64,000 nucleotides of DNA from Planctomycetota bacterium (GTDB taxonomy: Bacteria; Planctomycetota; UBA8108; SXIK01): positions 6,848,001 through 6,912,000 of the forward strand of contig CBDCXR010000004.1 of NCBI GenBank assembly GCA_965223845.1, given 5' to 3'. A program made the position numbers and the translations under genes. Of this stretch, positions 58,047-64,000 are shown in pieces. The notes below the pieces were generated by a model. It saw only the letters and a list, made by a program, of their open reading frames with translations, was not told where the DNA came from and did no database searches. Within the stretch, counting starts at the first letter, position 1; each line of letters starts with the position of its first letter.

Positions 58047-61000
58047 CTAGTCTTCACCTTCGTAGATCGCGCGCAGGCTCGCCGAGATCGCCTCCCAATC
58101 GTAGTCGATGCCAGGATTCGCGTTGATGATACTGATCCTCGGGAGGCGGTACCACTCCCCGAGCATGATGCCTTCCTTGCCGTTCTCGCGGTACTTCCCG
58201 CGGAGTCGAAACCGGCCGTTCGCAAGTGAGGCATCGAAACCGAATCGATCGTAGTAGAAGCGCGAGAAGAGCGACTCTTCGACATCGCCGAGGGGTCCTT
58301 CGAGCACGCGACGGATGCTCTCGATCGCTCGTCGATCGACATACTGGCGAACTCCTTTCTTCCGCTCGGTCGCGACGGACACGCGAAACGCCGCCAGCTC
58401 GCCACCGACGATCTCGACACCGTCGACTCGTCCACTCAGGACTCCGCTGAAGAGTCCGAATTGAAACGTCTCTCCGAGCGCCTTCAGATCGAGATCGCGG
58501 AGTCGACCCGAGCGCAGTTCGAGACTGACGTAGGGCTTCAAGGGATCTTCGACGGCGAGGTCCTCGAAACGAATCTCGCCGCCGAACGCGCGGCAGTCGA
58601 TCGAGCCGTTCCACTCGAGGCGTTGCCCGCGAAAGTGCGCGGGACGCGCGACCGCCGAGACGCGGCCCGCGACCGGCGGCAGATCGGCGGCGCGAAGAAT
58701 CTCCGCGAGGTCGAGGTCGTTCGCGCGAACGACGGTTCGCCACGTCGGACCACCCTTCGAGCGGAGGAAGAGATCGAGCGCAGAGACGTCCAGGACACCG
58801 CCGAAGAGACGGAGCCGCTGCGGCTCGACGAGTCCGTAGACGCCTTCGTAGAGTCTCACCGGACTCGCGATCGGACCGACCGACCAGGTCTCACCGCCGA
58901 TCCGCGAGATCGCGAGATGTCCGTTTCGTGCTCGCGCGCGAGCGGCGGGTTCACCGGCGGATTGCGACTCGAACGGGAGGGAGAGCGACACGCCGCTCAG
59001 TGCCGTTCCTCCGGCGCTCCACTCGCCCGCGTCGAGTCGAGCTTCGCCGAAGTGCTCACCGCGCGCAGTGTCACCGAGCGCGCGCGAATAGCGCCAATCG
59101 AGCTCGAGCTCCCCGTCGAGGCGCGATGACTCGAGCCAGCCGAAGCTCGGCGAGAGAGGGTCGACGACGAACGCTCGGTAAGCGCGCGAGAGGGGAACCG
59201 CGCGCGTTCGAAGATCGATCGTGAGGCGCGGCGATGGGACGGAGGATCCGCCCGCGGACCAGTCGAGCGCGATCGAGCCCGTCGAACGGCCGGTGATCGG
59301 AGTCTCGACATCGAGAGCGAGAATCCGCAGGGCGCGAGTCTCCGTCGTCTCTGCGCTCCAATCGAACTCCCCCGACAGTTCCGCGGTGCTCCATTCGTCC
59401 GACATGCCGGCACCGACGGCTCCCGCGATGAACTCGTCGATCTCGATTCTTGCGCGGGCGTCGTACACGACCCGTGCGCGCGGCGGAGCGACGCGGTAGT
59501 CGACGCTCGCGTCGAGCTCGAGTGCACCGTCGACGCCGGCCGCTTCGAACCAGTCCGCCGCGGCGCGAACGTGCCCGCGGGTCAGGTTCGCGCTCGCGGC
59601 GATCGTCCCGCTCCAGCCGATCTCGCTTCCTCGCACGTCGCAGAAAAGAGACTCGGCGGAAAGGAGTCCCGCATCGAACGCGAGGGAGTTCGTCGCCGGA
59701 AGATGCGACGACAGGGAATCGCTGAGCGCCTCCGCCGGGAACGCGTCGAGGAAGGCGATCGACCCGGCCGCGATCTCGATGCTCGACCGGGAAGACGAGA
59801 CGGCGGCGTCTTCGACGCTCACTCGCGCGACTGCGCCGCCTCTCGTCGGCACGAATGCGGTAGCCGTTACTGCGAGCCGGGCCGCGTCGCCGACGACGCG
59901 ACCGTTGATCTCGACCGGGCCCGAAACGAGATCGAGGTCGGAGCTTCGCTCGAACTCTCGCACGAACGCTTCGTCGAGACTTGCGGCGAACTCGAGCTCG
60001 TGGTTCGGCGCCGCGCGTTCGAGGCCGTCGATCGTTCCGTGGGCTCGGAGCCAGACGTCTCCGCTCCGCGCGGCGAGGCTCTCGAGCCGGAGCTCGCCGC
60101 CGCGCTCGCCGCGCGTGTACTCGCCCCGGCCCGTCACCTCCACGGAAACCGCTTCGGGGGCACGGATCCGAGCGACTCTCCCGCTCGCGGTGACGCGAGC
60201 GCTGAATCGAGTGCGTGCGAGCGCGTTTGCGGCGGTCGCGTTCATCTGAACGGAAATCTCGTCGAGTCGAGCGAGCTGACCATCCGCGAGTGCGACGGGC
60301 TCCGCGTCAGCCGCCGTCGCCGCCGCGTTCGCTTGCAGCTCGACTTCGAGCGCGTCCGGCCAGGTGCCGCTCACTCGACCGGAGATTCGAGTGCGCGGGT
60401 TTCGCGCGAGCGCTGAAGTGAGGATCTCGGCTCCGCGGTCGCTCGAGGACGTGAGGGGACGAAGCCAATGCTCCGACCCGGCCCACGCTAGAAGCTCGCC
60501 GAGCGGAAGATGCGATCCGGAGATCTGAGCCCGGGAGATGCGGTAGGCGTCCGGGCCGATCTTCGCGATCGATCCGACGATCCGGCAGCTTCCGCCGAGC
60601 ACGCGAACGCGCAGATCGAAGCGCTGGGGACCCGAGCGACCGAGGTTGCGGAGGCGCAACTCGAGAGAGTGGAGGACGAGAGTTCGTCCGCCGAGCTGGA
60701 CGTCGAGGCGTCCGCTCCTCACGAGTGCGCTGTCGATGACGAGCGGGGTCGACCCTCTCGCCGGGGCTTCGGACGTCGCCCCCGGTGATCCACTGTCGAT
60801 GCCCCCGGCTGGGCTCTCCAAGGTTGCGAGCCCCGACAGATCCGCGTCGAGATTGAGCGCGAGCGCTGGCCCTTCGACCTCGAGGCGGTGGATCCGGCTC
60901 TGGAGGAGACTCAGCGGATCGTACTCGAGCGTGATGCGCGCCGCGCGAAACTGCGCGCGCCCCTCTGCCTCGGCGGAAACGGAGTGGAGCTCGGTCGCCG

Positions 61001-61244
61001 TGAACTCGCGCAGCGGATTCGTCTCGATGCGACCGATCTTGACCGGAATCGCGAAGTGCGATTGAACGAGGTTTTCGACGAAGCGGTTGAGGTCGCCGCG
61101 GCGACCGAGCCACGGCACTCCCCACTGGAGGAACGCGAGCGCGAGCGTCGCGACGAGGAGAACGCTCAGTCCGGCGCGGAAGAGGCGGCGCGTCCAGCGC
61201 CTTCCCCATCGCGCGGGTTTCGATTCGTTCGACTCGGCGGACAT
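58047..61244 (-). CDS. YdbH-like (AsmA-superfamily) intermembrane lipid-transport protein
   Basis: N-terminal TM, long beta-strand-rich body, C-terminal LFGG..., FYYDRFGF..SLANG.F.LRG..LPRISIIN..DW; immediately upstream of a DUF1318 gene. Confidence 0.72.
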   Translation of the reverse strand: MSAESNESKPARWGRRWTRRLFRAGLSVLLVATLALAFLQWGVPWLGRRGDLNRFVENLVQSHFAIPVKIGRIETNPLREFTATELHSVSAEAEGRAQFRAARITLEYDPLSLLQSRIHRLEVEGPALALNLDADLSGLATLESPAGGIDSGSPGATSEAPARGSTPLVIDSALVRSGRLDVQLGGRTLVLHSLELRLRNLGRSGPQRFDLRVRVLGGSCRIVGSIAKIGPDAYRISRAQISGSHLPLGELLAWAGSEHWLRPLTSSSDRGAEILTSALARNPRTRISGRVSGTWPDALEVELQANAAATAADAEPVALADGQLARLDEISVQMNATAANALARTRFSARVTASGRVARIRAPEAVSVEVTGRGEYTRGERGGELRLESLAARSGDVWLRAHGTIDGLERAAPNHELEFAASLDEAFVREFERSSDLDLVSGPVEINGRVVGDAARLAVTATAFVPTRGGAVARVSVEDAAVSSSRSSIEIAAGSIAFLDAFPAEALSDSLSSHLPATNSLAFDAGLLSAESLFCDVRGSEIGWSGTIAASANLTRGHVRAAADWFEAAGVDGALELDASVDYRVAPPRARVVYDARARIEIDEFIAGAVGAGMSDEWSTAELSGEFDWSAETTETRALRILALDVETPITGRSTGSIALDWSAGGSSVPSPRLTIDLRTRAVPLSRAYRAFVVDPLSPSFGWLESSRLDGELELDWRYSRALGDTARGEHFGEARLDAGEWSAGGTALSGVSLSLPFESQSAGEPAARARARNGHLAISRIGGETWSVGPIASPVRLYEGVYGLVEPQRLRLFGGVLDVSALDLFLRSKGGPTWRTVVRANDLDLAEILRAADLPPVAGRVSAVARPAHFRGQRLEWNGSIDCRAFGGEIRFEDLAVEDPLKPYVSLELRSGRLRDLDLKALGETFQFGLFSGVLSGRVDGVEIVGGELAAFRVSVATERKKGVRQYVDRRAIESIRRVLEGPLGDVEESLFSRFYYDRFGFDASLANGRFRLRGKYRENGKEGIMLGEWYRLPRISIINANPGIDYDWEAISASLRAIYEGED

Positions 61245-61372
61245 CGGGCGCTTCTCCAGCCGCTTCCGGTCGATCCCCCTCGACCGGACATCTCCTGGCT
61301 GCCCGTTCCGTTGGACGTCGATCCGGGTGCGTCATTCATCCCGGAGACGACGCACGACCCGGCGCGGACGGC

Positions 61373-62632
61373 TCAGTAAGCTTCGTCTTCACCGGCGAGA
61401 TCGACCGACTCCGGCGGCAGGCGGTGGCCGAGCTTGTCGCGCTTTGCCTGTAGATAACGCGCGCGTTCGGGGCGCGGCGGGGCGACGAGCGGGACCTGAT
61501 CGACGACGGAAAGCTCGTAGCCTTCGTAGATCGACGAGTCGACCTTCTTTGGATTGTTCGTGAGGAGCCGGATGTCGGAGAGGCCGAGATCCTTGAGGAT
61601 CTGAATGCCGACGCCGTAGTCGCGCATGTCGGCGCGGTAGCCGAGCAGGATATTCGCTTCGACGGTGTCGTGGCCGTCGTCCTGGAGCGCGTAGGCTTTG
61701 ACCTTCTCGCTCAGTCCGATGCCGCGGCCTTCTTGCGGCAGGTAGACGACCGCGCCGACCCCGTCGGAGGCGATCATCTCGAGCGCGATGCGAAGTTGGT
61801 CGCCGCAGTCGCAGCGGAGACTCTCGAGGACATCGCCCGTGAAGCACGACGAGTGCATCCGGACGAGCGGCGCCTTCGCCGAGGCGAGATCACCCATCGC
61901 AAGGACGAGCGGCTCCTGGGCCTCGTACTTCACTTTGTACGCGTAGATGCGAAAGGATCCGAGTTTCGTCGGCAGATCGGCGCTCGCAACGCGCTCGACG
62001 AGCTGCGTGCGCCGGCTGCGGTAGCGGATGAGATCGGCGATCGTGATGATCGGCATGTCGTGCTCGCGCGCGATCTCGTGGAGACGGGCGCGGCGCGCCA
62101 TGCGTCCGTCGTCATCGAGGATTTCGATGAGGACTCCGACGGGCTTGAGTCCGGCGAGCTCGGCGAGGTCGACCGCCGCCTCGGTGTGTCCGGCGCGCCG
62201 GAGGACCCCACCCTCCTGCGCGATGATCGGAAAGACGTGGCCCGGCCGCGCGAACTCTTGCGGCCGCGCACCGTCTCGCGCGAGCGCGCGCACGGTCTCG
62301 GCGCGCTCGGCCGCCGAAACGCCCGTAGTCGCCGAGCGTAGATCGACCGACTCAGTGAACGCCGTGCGATGGAGAGCGCTATTTCGTTCCGTGGCGGGCT
62401 GGAGGTCGAGTGCTCGCGCCCGCTCCGGGCGGAGTGGAACACAGAGGACCCCGCCCCCGCGGCGCACCATGAAGTGGATCATCTCCGGCGTGACCGACTC
62501 GGCCGCCGAGATGAAATCGCCCTCGTTCTCACGGTCTTCGTCGTCGACGACGATGACCGTGCCGCCGGAGCGGATGCGGTCGATCGCCTCTTCGACGCGG
62601 GAAAATTCGTGCTGGGGGTCCGGGGTCGTCAT
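61373..62632 (-). CDS. ribBA: Bifunctional DHBP synthase / GTP cyclohydrolase II
   Basis: VDDEDRENEGD, RPGHVFP, RAGHTEAAVDL, VRMHSSCFTGD..SLRCDCG, QEGRGIGL, LLTNNPKK. Confidence 0.97.
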   Translation of the reverse strand: MTTPDPQHEFSRVEEAIDRIRSGGTVIVVDDEDRENEGDFISAAESVTPEMIHFMVRRGGGVLCVPLRPERARALDLQPATERNSALHRTAFTESVDLRSATTGVSAAERAETVRALARDGARPQEFARPGHVFPIIAQEGGVLRRAGHTEAAVDLAELAGLKPVGVLIEILDDDGRMARRARLHEIAREHDMPIITIADLIRYRSRRTQLVERVASADLPTKLGSFRIYAYKVKYEAQEPLVLAMGDLASAKAPLVRMHSSCFTGDVLESLRCDCGDQLRIALEMIASDGVGAVVYLPQEGRGIGLSEKVKAYALQDDGHDTVEANILLGYRADMRDYGVGIQILKDLGLSDIRLLTNNPKKVDSSIYEGYELSVVDQVPLVAPPRPERARYLQAKRDKLGHRLPPESVDLAGEDEAY

Positions 62633-62668
62633 AGTCGTTCCGTCTGTCAGGTAGTCCCTCCATCCCGC

Positions 62669-62674
62669 ATCATA
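62669..62674 (-). promoter_or_regulatory. Putative -10 box (TATGAT) of ribBA
   Basis: TATGAT on the minus strand 36 nt upstream of the ATG, followed by GGAGGG. Confidence 0.45.
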
Positions 62675-62850
62675 CGCGCCGTCTCTCGCGCGAGCCACCT
62701 CGCCGCGCGCTCCCGCGGCGACAGAGCGCATGCGAGGTTTTCGCGTCGAGTGGATTGTGATAGAAGATTCCCCACTTTTCCCGAACCGGTCTCGCCTCCG
62801 TCGCTCGCCTTGTCGTCGGACGATTCTGGCCGCTCCTCCCTCACCGAATC

Positions 62851-64000
62851 ATGGCCGAACCCGAGCTCCGCGACGACGCTCCTTCGCCCCCCGCCCCGCC
62901 CGATGAATCGAGGCGCTGGGCCGTGCGCGTGCTCGCCCTCGTCGGACATCTGTCGGCGCGTAGGAGCGGGCTCGTCATCGCGTCGTTCGTCGTCCTCGCT
63001 CTCCTTGCGCTCGCGGCGACCTTCGTTCGCCTCGAGCTCCGCACGGATCAGAACGAGCTCGTGTCGACGGACGCGGAATACCACCAGCGGTACGTCGACT
63101 ATCTCGAGGCCTTCGGCGATCAGGAGTACCTCTACCTCGTCATCGAGGTCGACGGCGATCCCGCGCGCGCCGCGCGCGCCGCCGAGGAGATCGCCGCCGA
63201 GCTCGCGCGGATGACGGAGCACATCCGCGAGGTCCACTACCGCGTGCCGCCCGGCGCCTTCGCCGATCGTTTTCTCCTTCTCCCGCGCTTTTCGCACGCC
63301 GATCTCTCGGCGATCGCGGGCGCCGTCGCCGAGAATCGCGAGCTCCTCTCGAGTTTCGTCCGCGCCGGCCGTCTGAGCGACGTGTTCGCGCTGTTCGCCG
63401 CGCAAGCCGAGCGTTTCGGCGAGGGCGGCGACCCTCGACTCGCCGAGTGGGGCGAGCGCACGATGGAAACGCTCGTCGGATCGCTCGCCGCCGCGGCGCG
63501 CGGCGAGCCGAGACCGCCGCTCCTCGAGCAGCTCGAGACGCTTCAGGAGAGCGAGGGACATCCGCGCGATCGCGGCTATCTTTTCACGGAGAACGGGGAG
63601 CTCGCGTTCGTCCTCGTGATGCCGGCGAAGGACTTTCAGTCGCTCGGCGTGATCCGTGGCCCCCTCGCGGAGATCCGCGGCGCCGTCGATCGATTGCGAG
63701 AGCGGTATCCCGGACTCGAGATGGGTCTCACGGGACGGCCCGTGCTCCATACCGATGAGATGCTGACGACCGAGCGCGATATGCGACTCGGCACCGTGCT
63801 CGCTCTCGTGTGCGTGCTCAGTCTCTTCGTTCTTTTCTTCCGGCGCCTTCGGCGTCCGCTCCTCGCGGGCCTCGCTCTCGTCGTCGCCGTGATCCTCACG
63901 TTCGGCGCAGTCGCCGTTACGATCGGATACCTGACGCTGCTCTCGATCGTGTTCGCGGCGATGCTCGTCGGGCTCGGGATCGACTTTGGCATCCACTTCC
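62851..64000 (+). CDS. MMPL/RND family transporter, HpnN-like; truncated by the window end
   Basis: Own translation from ATG 62851: MAEPELRDD...LELRTDQNELVS...YLEAFGDQEYLYLVIE...GLTGRPVLHTDEM...LSIVFAAMLVGLGIDFGIHF. Confidence 0.85.
   Translation, partial: MAEPELRDDAPSPPAPPDESRRWAVRVLALVGHLSARRSGLVIASFVVLALLALAATFVRLELRTDQNELVSTDAEYHQRYVDYLEAFGDQEYLYLVIEVDGDPARAARAAEEIAAELARMTEHIREVHYRVPPGAFADRFLLLPRFSHADLSAIAGAVAENRELLSSFVRAGRLSDVFALFAAQAERFGEGGDPRLAEWGERTMETLVGSLAAAARGEPRPPLLEQLETLQESEGHPRDRGYLFTENGELAFVLVMPAKDFQSLGVIRGPLAEIRGAVDRLRERYPGLEMGLTGRPVLHTDEMLTTERDMRLGTVLALVCVLSLFVLFFRRLRRPLLAGLALVVAVILTFGAVAVTIGYLTLLSIVFAAMLVGLGIDFGIHF

Noticed and set aside
57923-58435. Long N-terminal extension of the DUF1318 ORF
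   Set aside because: It overlaps the YdbH-like gene; the lipoprotein signal places the start near GTG 57922.
62633-62850. FMN riboswitch upstream of ribBA
   Set aside because: RFN consensus segments were not seen, and a -10 box lies only 36 nt from the ATG.

Overview
High-GC chromosomal window of about 41 protein-coding genes, two of them cut by the window edges. It probably comes from a member of the Planctomycetota, inferred from the DUF1552/DUF1592-type pair, a lamin-tail/CotH/dockerin surface protein, a giant membrane-anchored ECF sigma factor and a sulfatase. Housekeeping genes (purH, asnS, alr, ribBA, DEAD-box helicase) are mixed with envelope genes (LpxL-like acyltransferase, S66 LD-carboxypeptidase, TMTC-like GT-C/TPR protein, GT2, YdbH/YdbL-like lipid bridge, HpnN-like MMPL), signalling genes (Ser/Thr kinase, FHA protein, OmpR/PhoB-type regulator, ECF) and a sugar ABC transporter. 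I found no rRNA, tRNA, CRISPR array, integrase or transposase. Best leads: (1) a 1454-aa ECF sigma-TM-beta-sandwich protein with a perfect internal Shine-Dalgarno/ATG just before its TM helix, which could yield a sigma-less isoform; (2) an AT-richer orphan gene fusing an OmpA-like domain to a caspase-fold His/Cys domain; (3) a YdbH-like bridge plus fused YnbE-YdbL lipoprotein flanked by an SBF symporter and an HpnN-like MMPL; (4) enzymes with altered catalytic motifs (SDR HxxxK, nucleotidyltransferase lacking DxD, sulfatase CxPxL). All family calls come from motif recognition by eye, not database searches. Start codons were adjusted from the ORF track where a later start fits better.
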